This document shows, one piece after another, positions 17,211-25,650 of a DNA stretch of 37,354 nucleotides (its first letter is position 1; each line of letters begins with the position of its first letter). The position numbers and the translations under genes were made by a program. Source of the stretch: Myxococcales bacterium (lineage in GTDB: Bacteria; Myxococcota; Myxococcia; Myxococcales; Anaeromyxobacteraceae); contig JBBQEB010000016.1 of NCBI GenBank assembly GCA_038320275.1, positions 1-37,354 on the forward strand, in the 5' to 3' direction. A model generated the notes under the pieces. That model did no database searches, was not told the DNA's origin, and was given only the letters and a program-made list of their open reading frames with translations.

Positions 17211-17435
17211 ATGCTTGCGAGACCCTGTCCCAACGAGCTCGATAGCCCCATCAATCCCGACCGCAGCGTGGAGGGACACCGGAATCTGTTCTGCTCATAC
17301 TACGACGGCTGCCTCGGCGAAGCGGTGAAGAAGGGCTGGAACAGCTGGAGCTGCACGCGGTGCTCCCTCTTCGCGGTGGAGCCCGACGTGCACCACGGGC
17401 TCGAGAGCTACGCCACGCAGCGCCGGCTCGCCTGA
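17211..17435 (+). CDS. Small (74 aa) cysteine-rich hypothetical protein, probably metal-binding
   Basis: SD GAGGAG 4 nt before the ATG, GC3-biased codons, motif C-x5-C-x13-C-x2-C (HRNLFCSYYDGC...WSCTRC). Confidence 0.8.
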   Translation: MLARPCPNELDSPINPDRSVEGHRNLFCSYYDGCLGEAVKKGWNSWSCTRCSLFAVEPDVHHGLESYATQRRLA

Positions 17436-17518
17436 TAGCGGTCGAGTCTCCCGCCCCAGGTCCGAGGGTTCGCCCGGACGTCTCGCGCAGGCTGCCCTCC
17501 CGGGACTTCGAGCCGCGC

Positions 17519-19117
17519 TCAATCCGTGTACACCACGGCGATGAAGAGCAGGCCGGCGCCGTAGCGGGCGCTGTCTCCCGTCGCGACGCCCACGCCCACG
17601 CGCCGGAAGCGTACGTCGCCGACGTTCCGGGAGCGAGCTGCGTCCTCCACCGCGGTGGCGGCGAAGGCGTCCACCGAGGCCACCTTCCTTCCCAGCTGGA
17701 GCGCCTGGTCGCCCGCCTCGCCGGCAGAGGGCTCGCCGCGCGAACGCATGGCCCTCGCCGCCGCCGCCGCCAGCGCGTCCAGCGCCGGGTCGGCGATCAG
17801 CGACGGGCCGCCAGTGCGGGCCCGCTCGCGCCAGATCGCCTCGCGCACGCCGTCCTCGGGGGCTCTCCCTCCGTCCCCGCCCCGCTGCACCGGCCCGAGG
17901 AGGATCTCGGTGAGATAGGTGACGGGCTCGCCGGTCACGAGCTTTCCCCGGGCGACGCCGCAGCCCACCCGCGAGACGGACGGGGACAGGAGGTTCTCCC
18001 GGTGAGCGGGGCTCTCCTCGACCCCCCGGTGGGCGGCGAGCGCGCTCGACCCGCGCGCCACGTTCTCCAGGGCGAGGCGGTACGGCACCCGCTCGCGCCG
18101 GAGCCGCCCCGCCACGTCCAGCCCGCCGAGGAGGTGGGCTACCTCCCCGCGCGCGAGCATCTCCTCGCTGTGTCGCCGCGCGACACGGGAGAGCTCGGCG
18201 GAGATCGTCAGGCGCGGAAGGCGGTGCCGGCCGCGGGTGGCGTTCAGCGCCCGGACGACCTCGGCCTCGGCCTCCGCGACGGACCCGACGTCGGGCTCCT
18301 CCACCTCGGAAGCGGGCTCGTCGAGCGCAGCCCCGTCCACCGACACCGCCACCAGCGCGGCCACCTCGGGCCCGCGCGGACCGCGGCCCACCACTTCCAG
18401 GAGCCACCGTCCCGGCGCGTCCAGCCTCACCTCCGTCCGGAACTCCGTTCCCCGCCAGCTCTCCAGGCGGCGGCTCTGGCCCGCCGGTGTCGTGACGTGC
18501 AGGCTGGGATCCTGCAGACCCGTGAGCTTCCCCGCGAAGGTCAAGGTGCTGGCGCTGGGGACATCGCGCGGAAACGGCTCCAGCGCGGCGGTGCGGCGGG
18601 ACACGAGCAGGACCACCCAGGCTCGCCCATTTCGCTCGACCGCTCCCGCCGCCAGGTGGGTCGCCGGACCCGGGACGAGGGTGGCCTGGAGCGCGGCGGC
18701 CGCGCTCGCCGGAGAGGCGGCGACGAGGTGAGCAGCGGGCGCGGGATCGAACGCCGCCGCGCGGGCCAGCGCCGCGCGGACGCGCGCGCGGGAGAGAGGA
18801 TCGCGGACGCCGCGCGATGCACCCAGGGCGAGCTCGCGCGCCGCGGCGAGGAGCGCGGGTGAGAGGGCCGCCTGTCCGCCTCTGCCGAGCCGGGCGCGCG
18901 CAGCCTCGAGGGAGGCCCGCTCGAGGGCGGTCGGCTGGAGCGCCAGCTCACGCCCATAGGCGGGGAAGCTGGGGGACTCACCCGTCCCGGCGATACGCCG
19001 CGCCCCCTCGGCGCGAGGAGCGGCGGCAGGCGGCGGCAACCGCGAGGCAGCGCAAGAGGCGAGCAGGAACGCCGCCGCCAGCAGCGCGGGGCAAGAGCGG
19101 GTGGCGGAAGCCCTCAC
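17519..19117 (-). CDS. CAP (SCP-like) domain lipoprotein
   Basis: Lipobox LLASC, CAP signatures LNATRGRHRLPRL, ARRHSEEM, ENVA, SPAHRENLL and VGCGVA, and a second degenerate CAP unit at the C-terminus. GTGA overlap with the upstream gene. Confidence 0.85.
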   Translation of the reverse strand: MRASATRSCPALLAAAFLLASCAASRLPPPAAAPRAEGARRIAGTGESPSFPAYGRELALQPTALERASLEAARARLGRGGQAALSPALLAAARELALGASRGVRDPLSRARVRAALARAAAFDPAPAAHLVAASPASAAAALQATLVPGPATHLAAGAVERNGRAWVVLLVSRRTAALEPFPRDVPSASTLTFAGKLTGLQDPSLHVTTPAGQSRRLESWRGTEFRTEVRLDAPGRWLLEVVGRGPRGPEVAALVAVSVDGAALDEPASEVEEPDVGSVAEAEAEVVRALNATRGRHRLPRLTISAELSRVARRHSEEMLARGEVAHLLGGLDVAGRLRRERVPYRLALENVARGSSALAAHRGVEESPAHRENLLSPSVSRVGCGVARGKLVTGEPVTYLTEILLGPVQRGGDGGRAPEDGVREAIWRERARTGGPSLIADPALDALAAAAARAMRSRGEPSAGEAGDQALQLGRKVASVDAFAATAVEDAARSRNVGDVRFRRVGVGVATGDSARYGAGLLFIAVVYTD

Positions 19118-19419
19118 CGCCCGAGCGGTCCCACCCGCACCTCGAGCCCGGTGACCATGTTCCGGCCCAGACGCGCGTTCACCCGTCCACTCAGGGCCGG
19201 GGCGAGCGCCGCCACCTGGTCGGCCCAGGCCTGGGAGGTCGCCACCGCGATGAGGATGCCGTCCCTCGTGAGCGCCTTCAGCCCCACCTCACGAGAGAGG
19301 CGCGCGCCGCAGGCCTCCGAGAACGCGGCGGTCGCGGCAGCCAGGCGGGCCTGGGCCTCCGGACGGGCGCAGAGCGCGTCGGCGAGGACGGTGGCGAGGG
19401 GTCTTCCATGGCCGCGCAT
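19114..19419 (-). CDS. DUF721 / DciA-like protein
   Basis: 101 aa with AFSEACGARLS...DGILIAVATSQAWADQV...VNARLG...LEVRVG, matching the DUF721 pattern. ATG lies 7 nt after TAGCCT. Confidence 0.7.
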   Translation of the reverse strand: MRGHGRPLATVLADALCARPEAQARLAAATAAFSEACGARLSREVGLKALTRDGILIAVATSQAWADQVAALAPALSGRVNARLGRNMVTGLEVRVGPLGR

Positions 19420-19460
19420 CCCGGGGAGGCTATCGCCACGCCTCGAGCAAGTCGACTGCA

Positions 19461-19500
19461 CGTCGCGTCGCGTCGCGTCGCGTCGCGTTGTGTCGCGCCG
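19461..19500. repeat. Pentanucleotide microsatellite (CGTCG)5 plus 3 degenerate units
   Basis: Read directly: CGTCG x5 (19461-19485), then CGTTG, TGTCG, CGCCG. Confidence 0.9.
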
Positions 19501-19537
19501 CGAGCCGGGCCGGGCCGCTCGCGCTACAAGACGGGCG

Positions 19538-20896
19538 ATGTCCACGGCCGCCTCGACCCTCGACAGTCCCGGAGCGCGCACCGCGGGCGGTGCCGTGTGG
19601 ACCGATCGGCACGCGGACACGAGCCGCATCAAGCTGTCGTGGGTGCTCCGGCTCCGATGGGCTGCCGCCCTCGGCCAGAGCGTCGCCATCGTCTCCGCGC
19701 ACGCGATCACCAGCATCCACCTGCCGCTGGTGGCGCTGTTCACGGTGGTGGGCATCGAGATCGCCGGCAACCTGGGGCTGGAGGCCTGGCAGCGGCGCAC
19801 CGACAGGGTGGGAGACGGCGCCATCGCTGGCGCGCTGTTGTTCGACGCGGTGGTCCTCACCGCGCTCCTGTCCCTCTCCGGCGGCTACTCGAACCCGTTC
19901 GCGACCCTCTACCTCGTCAACGTGGCGCTCGCGGCGGTGCTGCTCGACGCCGCCTGGGCCTGGGCGACGCTGGGCGCGAGCCTCTTGCTCTTCGCCGGGC
20001 TCTTCCTCCTCGAGCACTTCGGGCTCATGCAGGTCCTCTCGACGCTCGACCAGGAGGAGATCGCCGCGCTTCACGTGCAGGGGATGTGGGTCGCCTTCGT
20101 GGTGGCCTCCGCCTTCATCGTCGCCATCGTGCAGCAGGTCCGGCTCGCCATGGAGTCGGTGCAGGGGGCGCTCGCGGCCGAGCGCAGCCTCTCCGCCCGC
20201 AAGGACAAGGTGGCGTCGCTCGCCACGCTGGCCGCGGGCGCGGCGCACGAGCTCTCGACTCCGCTCTCCACCATCGCGGTGGTGGTGAAGGAGCTGCAGC
20301 GCTCGGCGGAGAAGGAGGAGGCCTCCGCCGAGACGAGGGAGGATCTCGGGCTCATCCGGCAGCAGGTGGCCCGCTGCCGCGACATCCTCCACCACATGTC
20401 TGCGCAGGCGGGCGAGAACGCCGGAGAGCCGTTCGTCGTCCTGCTCCTCTCCGCCTGGCTGGACGAGGTGCTGCAACACCTTCCCACCCGCGCGAGGGTT
20501 CGCGTCGCGGCGGAGGTGGATCTCTCCGTCTACGCCGTGGAGGGCCCCCGGCGCGGCCTCGCGCGCGCCCTGCGCGGCCTCCTCAAGAACGCGCTGCAGG
20601 CTTCGCCTTCCGAGACCGACGTGCGCCTCGCCTTCGCGGTCGCGGCCGGTCGCGTTCGGGTCGAGGTGGTCGACCAGGGCTGCGGGATGGCGGAGGACGT
20701 TCTCTCCCGCGCTGGCGAGCCGTTCTTCACCACCAAGACCCCGGGGGAGGGGATGGGGCTCGGCCTCTTCCTCACCCAGACCCTCGCCGAGCAGCTCGGG
20801 GGAGCGCTCGAGCTGCGCTCCGTCCCCGGGCGCGGTACCACCGCCACACTCGACCTGCCCCTCGCGCACGTGCGGGCGGGCGGAGGAGCACCATGA
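19538..20896 (+). CDS. regB: RegB/PrrB/ActS-type redox sensor histidine kinase
   Basis: Multiple TM helices, quinone-binding GGYSNPF (GGxxNPF), H-box AAHELSTPL, redox Cys in RCRDIL, and N/G/F boxes (KNALQA, DQGCG, EPFFTTK, GMGLGLF). Confidence 0.9.
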   Translation: MSTAASTLDSPGARTAGGAVWTDRHADTSRIKLSWVLRLRWAAALGQSVAIVSAHAITSIHLPLVALFTVVGIEIAGNLGLEAWQRRTDRVGDGAIAGALLFDAVVLTALLSLSGGYSNPFATLYLVNVALAAVLLDAAWAWATLGASLLLFAGLFLLEHFGLMQVLSTLDQEEIAALHVQGMWVAFVVASAFIVAIVQQVRLAMESVQGALAAERSLSARKDKVASLATLAAGAAHELSTPLSTIAVVVKELQRSAEKEEASAETREDLGLIRQQVARCRDILHHMSAQAGENAGEPFVVLLLSAWLDEVLQHLPTRARVRVAAEVDLSVYAVEGPRRGLARALRGLLKNALQASPSETDVRLAFAVAAGRVRVEVVDQGCGMAEDVLSRAGEPFFTTKTPGEGMGLGLFLTQTLAEQLGGALELRSVPGRGTTATLDLPLAHVRAGGGAP

Positions 20897-21459
20897 CAGA
20901 CGAGACCTCCCTGCATCCCGAGGCCAAGGACGCTTCCCCCAGCATCCTCCTGGTGGACGACGACGTCACGCTGCGCGAGCGGCTGGCGCGCGCCATGCGC
21001 GAGCGCGGCTTCGACGTCCGGACCGCGGGGAGCGCGGACGAGGCCATGGAGGCGGTGCGCGCCGACTCTCCGGAGCTGGCTGTGCTCGACCTGCGCATGC
21101 CGGGGCGGAGCGGCCTCGAGCTCCTGCGCGAGCTGCGAGAGCACGATCCCTCGACGCGCGTGCTCGTCCTCACCGGCTACGGGAGCATCGCCACCGCGGT
21201 CGAGGCGACCAAGCTGGGCGCCGAGGGTTACCTGCCGAAGCCGGTCGACGCCGACGAGATCCTGGCGGCCTTCGCGCGAAACGGCGGGACGGTGGCGCCG
21301 GAGCACTTCGAGACGCCCTCGCTGGCGCGCGCCGAATGGGAGCACATCCAGCGGGTGCTGGTGGACTGCGGGCACAACATCAGCGAGGCCGCTCGCCGGC
21401 TCGGAATCCATCGCAGGTCGCTGCAGCGCAAGCTCCAGAAGTACCCGCCGGTGAGATGA
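20893..21459 (+). CDS. regA: RegA/PrrA/ActR-type response regulator
   Basis: Receiver (LLVDDD, LDLRMP, LTGYGSIATAV, KP) plus Fis-type HTH EWEHIQRVL...NISEAARRLGIHRRSLQRKL. ATGA overlap with regB and SD GGAGGAG. Confidence 0.93.
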   Translation: MTDETSLHPEAKDASPSILLVDDDVTLRERLARAMRERGFDVRTAGSADEAMEAVRADSPELAVLDLRMPGRSGLELLRELREHDPSTRVLVLTGYGSIATAVEATKLGAEGYLPKPVDADEILAAFARNGGTVAPEHFETPSLARAEWEHIQRVLVDCGHNISEAARRLGIHRRSLQRKLQKYPPVR

Positions 21460-21618
21460 ACCTCGCTTTTCATGGTGGCGCCGGTCGAGTCGGTCGTGGC
21501 GGCGCCGCCCCGCCACGAGATCGTTCCTGCGCCGCTTCACTTGCATGGGAGAGCTCTCCCCCCGCACGTCCTCCAACGCAGCCGTGACTTCCATCGAGCG
21601 CTGCATCCAAGGAACCCC

Positions 21619-21969
21619 ATGATCCTCGTCGCGGTGCGCGATCTCATGTTCGGCTCGAAAATCGACGCCGCAGCCAAGAGCGCGGGCATCGAGCTCGCCT
21701 GGGCTCCTCGCGGCGCGCCCTGGTCGGCGGCGGCCGTCGAGCGCAAGGTCACCGCCGTCCTCGTCGATCTCGGTGATCCCGGCGCGCTGGAAGAGGCGCG
21801 TGCCCTGCTCGCCGCGGCCCCTGCCACGCGCGTGGTCGGTTTCCTGGGCCATCTGCGCACCGATCTCATGGAGGAAGCGCACACCGCCGGCCTCGCGGAG
21901 GTGTTGACGCGCGGGCAGCTCGCCGCCTCGCTGGGCGACGTGCTGCGGCGAGCCGCGGCCCCGCGCTAG
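21619..21969 (+). CDS. Atypical receiver-like (CheY-fold) protein
   Basis: SD AAGGA. Sequence ILVAVRDLMFGSKI...VLVDL...VVGFLGH...AGLAEVLTR fits a receiver fold without the canonical acidic pair or Lys-Pro. Confidence 0.7.
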   Translation: MILVAVRDLMFGSKIDAAAKSAGIELAWAPRGAPWSAAAVERKVTAVLVDLGDPGALEEARALLAAAPATRVVGFLGHLRTDLMEEAHTAGLAEVLTRGQLAASLGDVLRRAAAPR

Positions 21970-21970
21970 T

Positions 21971-22831
21971 TCAGTACGACCTGGATCCGGAGGGGCTGTC
22001 CGAGGTTCCTCCCGAGCTCGAGCCCTGCTTGCGCGACGTGTCCTTGGCCCCGGCGTCAGCGCTCGAGCCGGTGGAGCCCGTGTCCGAGCCGCGCGTGCCG
22101 GAGAGGCTGGGGCCTGTCCCGGTGCCGGCCGCGCCCGCGTTGCCCGCGGTCGAGGAGCCGCCCAGGTCCGAGCCGGTGTTGGAGCGGGTGTCGGTGCCGG
22201 TGGAGGAGCCGGCATGGCTGCCAGAGCCGGTGGCGCCGGTCCCGGTGGACGGGGCCGAGTCGCTGCGGGAACCGCTGCCCCCGGAGGCGCTCGATGCGGC
22301 GGAGCCGGAGCTGCCGGTCACGCCGCCAGCGGCCGCGCCGCTCCCGGTGCCGCTGTTGCTCGCACCGGCCGTCGTTCCAGCGGCCAGGATGTCGAGGGTG
22401 CTGACGTTCAGCGTGTCGCCCGCGCCCGCAAAGCTGGCGCGGACCTGGTCGCCTTCCTTGATGTCGCCGACCGAGGCGCGCGCGCCATCGCGGCGCACCT
22501 GGGTGGTGGAGTCGATCTTGAGGGTCTTCGCGCTCCCCGCCAGGACGAGCGTGTTGTTGGAGCGGTCGAAGCTCTGAACCTTCCCCTGAAGGGCGCTCGC
22601 GTGGGCGCTCGCGCCCGAGGTGTCGCTCGAGGTGCCCGTGCCGACGCCGGGGCTGGTGGAGCCCGAGCCGCGTGGCGTCTGTCCTACGGGCGCCGCGCCC
22701 GTGTCGGTGCGCGTCTCGTGCCGGCCCGCACCTCCATTCACGTCGGCGGCGCTGCCCTGCGCCAGCGTGCTCCCCGCCAGGAAGACCGTCCCAGCCGTGG
22801 TCAGGGCGAAACCCAATGTCGTCAGCTTCAT
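21971..22831 (-). CDS. Secreted Gly/Ser/Thr-rich protein with a small central beta (DUF5666/OB-like) domain
   Basis: Signal peptide MKLTTLGFALTTAGTVFLAGSTLA, ordered core GKVQSFDRSNNTLVL...IKEGDQVRASF, low-complexity flanks, SD GAGGGAA. Confidence 0.75.
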   Translation of the reverse strand: MKLTTLGFALTTAGTVFLAGSTLAQGSAADVNGGAGRHETRTDTGAAPVGQTPRGSGSTSPGVGTGTSSDTSGASAHASALQGKVQSFDRSNNTLVLAGSAKTLKIDSTTQVRRDGARASVGDIKEGDQVRASFAGAGDTLNVSTLDILAAGTTAGASNSGTGSGAAAGGVTGSSGSAASSASGGSGSRSDSAPSTGTGATGSGSHAGSSTGTDTRSNTGSDLGGSSTAGNAGAAGTGTGPSLSGTRGSDTGSTGSSADAGAKDTSRKQGSSSGGTSDSPSGSRSY

Positions 22832-23194
22832 GCGTTCCCTCTTCTTTCTCTCGGGTGGCGCGTGGGGAGCGATGTGCTGCTCCTCGCGGGTGCTCTACCT
22901 GTGAAGGGTACGGACGAACGCAGCGGGCGGGAGTGGGGTATTTCGAGATCGCCTGGCCGGAAGCTCTGGGGCCAGGCCACCTCCGCCGCGCATCCTTTTG
23001 ACCCGCGACGCGCTCGTCGCCGCGCGCCCGAGCACACGATGAAGCCCTCCGCGTCCGAGAGGTCTCCCCGCAACCACACTGATCTGCCGAGCCCCGCCGG
23101 CCGGCTGCCCTGGACGGACCGGCGTAAGCCCGGGTAGCGCCAGGCCGATCAGCCTGGCTGGGTCGCGCGCTCGAGGAGGCGCTGTCAGAGGGCC

Positions 23195-23224
23195 TTGCTA
23201 CCTGAACATCCGAGCAGCTACTCT
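23195..23224 (+). promoter_or_regulatory. imuA promoter with a Myxococcus-type LexA (SOS) box in the spacer
   Basis: TTGCTA-N18-TACTCT. The spacer holds CTGAACATCCGAGCAGC (23202-23218), matching 15 of 17 positions of the M. xanthus LexA consensus CTRHAMRYBYGTTCAGS as I recall it. Confidence 0.75.
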
Positions 23225-23241
23225 CTCGACTGGAGCTTCCG

Positions 23242-23919
23242 ATGACCTCGCGCGCACACCTCATCGAAGGCCTCCGGCAGGAGATCCAGCGCATCGAGCG
23301 CCGCCCGTCGGTCAGGGAAGGCACGGTCCGCACGGGCTGCGATGCGCTGGACATGCTCCTGCCCGGCGGCGGCTTTCCCCGTGGGGAGCTCACGCAGGTG
23401 GCGGGGGAGCAGGGGAGCGGGAAGACGGCGCTCGCCCTGTCGGCGCTCGCCGTCGCCACCGGCCTGGGTGCCTACGTGGACGGCCGGGGCGAGCTCTATC
23501 CTCCCGGCGTGCGGACGCTGGGAGTCTCTCTCGAACGCCTCCTCATCGTGCGCCCCGCGAGAGGTCGCTCGGAGCAGGAGAGCACCGTCGTCGCCTGCTG
23601 GGCCGCCGAGGCGCTGCTCGCGAGCGGCGCCTTCGAGACGGTGGTACTCGACGTACCCGTGGAGGCGGCGAGGGCCGCGAGCGCCGCGATGGACGGGATC
23701 CTCCGGCGCCTTCGCGCGGCGGCGCGGAAGGGAGGCGTCGCAGGCATCTGGCTCGGCCGGCCGCGCGATCCCCGCATTCCAGGGGCGCTCAGGCTCGAGG
23801 TCGAGGCAGGGGCAGAGGCGCCGCGCGTGCGCGTGGGCTCCGGCTCCAGTGCCGCGTGGTCCGGCAGCTCGGGCGCGGGCGCCAGGCCCGTGCCGCGAGG
23901 AGCGCCCCGTGTCGCCTGA
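23242..23919 (+). CDS. imuA: ImuA (RecA-like) translesion synthesis accessory protein
   Basis: LPGGGFPRGEL, Walker A GEQGSGKT, YVDGRGELYPP, LERLLIVRP, WAAEALLASG. First gene of the imuA-imuB-dnaE2 cassette. Confidence 0.88.
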   Translation: MTSRAHLIEGLRQEIQRIERRPSVREGTVRTGCDALDMLLPGGGFPRGELTQVAGEQGSGKTALALSALAVATGLGAYVDGRGELYPPGVRTLGVSLERLLIVRPARGRSEQESTVVACWAAEALLASGAFETVVLDVPVEAARAASAAMDGILRRLRAAARKGGVAGIWLGRPRDPRIPGALRLEVEAGAEAPRVRVGSGSSAAWSGSSGAGARPVPRGAPRVA

Positions 23920-25528
23920 TCCCGGCGCGGTCCAGGCCGGGTGTCCCGGCGCGCCTCGCGTGCTGGCGCTCTGCCTCCCCGAGCTTCCCTTGCAGCGCGT
24001 CCTCCGGGCGCGCGAGGCCGCTGGCGTGCGCGGTTCCCGGGCTCCGCTCGCGGTCGTGGGCGGAGGGCGCGTCGTGGCTTGCGATGCGGAGGCGCGCGCG
24101 TGCGGAATCGCGCCGGGCGACGCGCTCGTCGAGGCCCGCGCCGCCTGTGCCGACCTCGAGGCGCTCGATGCGGACGAGGCGGCCGACCGCGCTGCGCTGG
24201 AGGGGCTGGCGGAGGCGCTGCTCGCGATTGCCCCGGCCGTGGAGATCGCCTCTCCCGATGCCCTCCTCCTCGACGCGAGCGGAGCCTCGCTGCTCGCGCA
24301 CGCGGGGGATCCTTCCGGAGAGGCGACGCTGTCGCAGCGGGCAGTCGAGCTCGCGTCGGGGCTGGGTTTCCGGTGCCGGACGGCGGTCGCGTGGGGGCGC
24401 GGCCCGGCGCGGGCGCTTGCGCGCTGCGCGCGGGGAGGCCCGGCCGACGCGGACGGAAAAGGCGGAAGAAGTCCCATGGCGGCCCTGCCGCTGCACGCGC
24501 TCGAGCTGGCCCCCGCGCTGGCGGGACGTCTGGCGGCGCTCGGGCTTCGGTCCGTCGGGGATCTTGCGCAGCTCCCCCCGTCCACCCTGGGCCACCGCTT
24601 CGGAGCGCCGGGGCTCGAGGCCTGGCGGCTGGCGCAGGGCGACGATCCCTCTCCCCTCGTTCCCCACGTCCCGAGCGCGCTGCCGCGCGAAACGCTCGAG
24701 CTCGAGGACCCCCTCACGTCCTTTGAACCGCTCCTGTTCGGCCTGAAACGGCTGTGCGATTCCATGGCGGCGCGGCTCGCCGGGCGCGGGCTCGGCGCGA
24801 CGCGCCTCGAGCTCGTGCTCGCCCTCGATCCCAGAGGAGAGGAGCAGGTCACGATCGCGCTGGCGCAGCCTTCGAGTGCTGCCTCGCGCTGGCTCCTCGT
24901 GCTGCGGGAGCGGCTCGAGGCGCTCCGGCTCGAAGGAGCCGTCGCGGGGGCGTCGCTCGAGGTCGTGGAGGCCGCTCCCGCCTCCTCGGAGCAGCTCTCG
25001 CTCGGCGACCGCGCAGAGCAGCTCGCTGCGCTCGACATCGTCCTGTTGAGGCTCGCCGCACGGCTGGGTGACGGCGCAGTCTTCGCGGCTGAGCCCGTGG
25101 AGCGCCACCGCCCCGAGGCGGCCTACCGCCCGCGGGCCTTCGCGAGCGCGCGGCGGCGCGGCGAGACCTCGACGCCCTCCCGCCCGGAAGGGGAGAAGAG
25201 GAAGAAGGGAGAGCGGGTGCCACCCTCGCCCGAAGTGCAAGGGAGCGCCTCGCCGCCTTCGGAGGAGCTGGAGCGGCCGACGCGCCTCCTCCCCCGGCCT
25301 CAGGCCGTGATCGCGCTCGGGGAGGGCGGGCGGCTCGCGGCCGTCCGGCTCGGAGACAGGACGTTGAGGGTGCTCGCGATCTCGCCCGCGGAGCGGCTCT
25401 GGGGCGAGTGGTGGAACGAGTCTTTCCAGCGCGACTACCACCGCGCCCGCCTCGAAGGACTGGGCGAATGCTGGATCTTCTGGGACGCCGCCGACGGGCG
25501 GCTCTGGCTGCACGGTTTTTTCGATTGA
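23909..25528 (+). CDS. imuB: ImuB, inactive Y-family polymerase-like mutasome scaffold
   Basis: GTG 23909 with SD GAGGAG. LCLPELPLQR start, LGLRSVGDLAQLP...LGHRFG, and C-terminal ERLWGEWW...RDYH...WIF...WLHGFFD. Confidence 0.9.
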   Translation: MSPDPGAVQAGCPGAPRVLALCLPELPLQRVLRAREAAGVRGSRAPLAVVGGGRVVACDAEARACGIAPGDALVEARAACADLEALDADEAADRAALEGLAEALLAIAPAVEIASPDALLLDASGASLLAHAGDPSGEATLSQRAVELASGLGFRCRTAVAWGRGPARALARCARGGPADADGKGGRSPMAALPLHALELAPALAGRLAALGLRSVGDLAQLPPSTLGHRFGAPGLEAWRLAQGDDPSPLVPHVPSALPRETLELEDPLTSFEPLLFGLKRLCDSMAARLAGRGLGATRLELVLALDPRGEEQVTIALAQPSSAASRWLLVLRERLEALRLEGAVAGASLEVVEAAPASSEQLSLGDRAEQLAALDIVLLRLAARLGDGAVFAAEPVERHRPEAAYRPRAFASARRRGETSTPSRPEGEKRKKGERVPPSPEVQGSASPPSEELERPTRLLPRPQAVIALGEGGRLAAVRLGDRTLRVLAISPAERLWGEWWNESFQRDYHRARLEGLGECWIFWDAADGRLWLHGFFD

Positions 25529-25530
25529 AA

Positions 25531-25650
25531 GGAGGGCTGCGCCCACGCCCCGTCGAGCAGAGCTCGCCGGGCCCCACTCCTGCTCGCAGGGGGCCACGCG
25601 TGCTGGTCCTGCGGGAGGGACTGCCGTCCCTCCCCGACTTCGTCGGGGCC
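25531..25650. repeat. Palindrome-rich REP-like element between imuB and dnaE2
   Basis: Hairpins CGAGC-aga-GCTCG (25554-66), CCTGC-tc-GCAGG (25579-90), GGGAGGGAC-tgcc-GTCCCTCCC (25613-34) and CCCCGAC-ttc-GTCGGGG (25632-48). Confidence 0.5.

Noticed and set aside
21971..22831. Gly/Ser-rich protein as a RiPP precursor or ice-nucleation-type repeat protein
   Set aside because: There is no regular repeat period and no modifying enzymes or transporter nearby. It looks like an ordinary secreted disordered protein.
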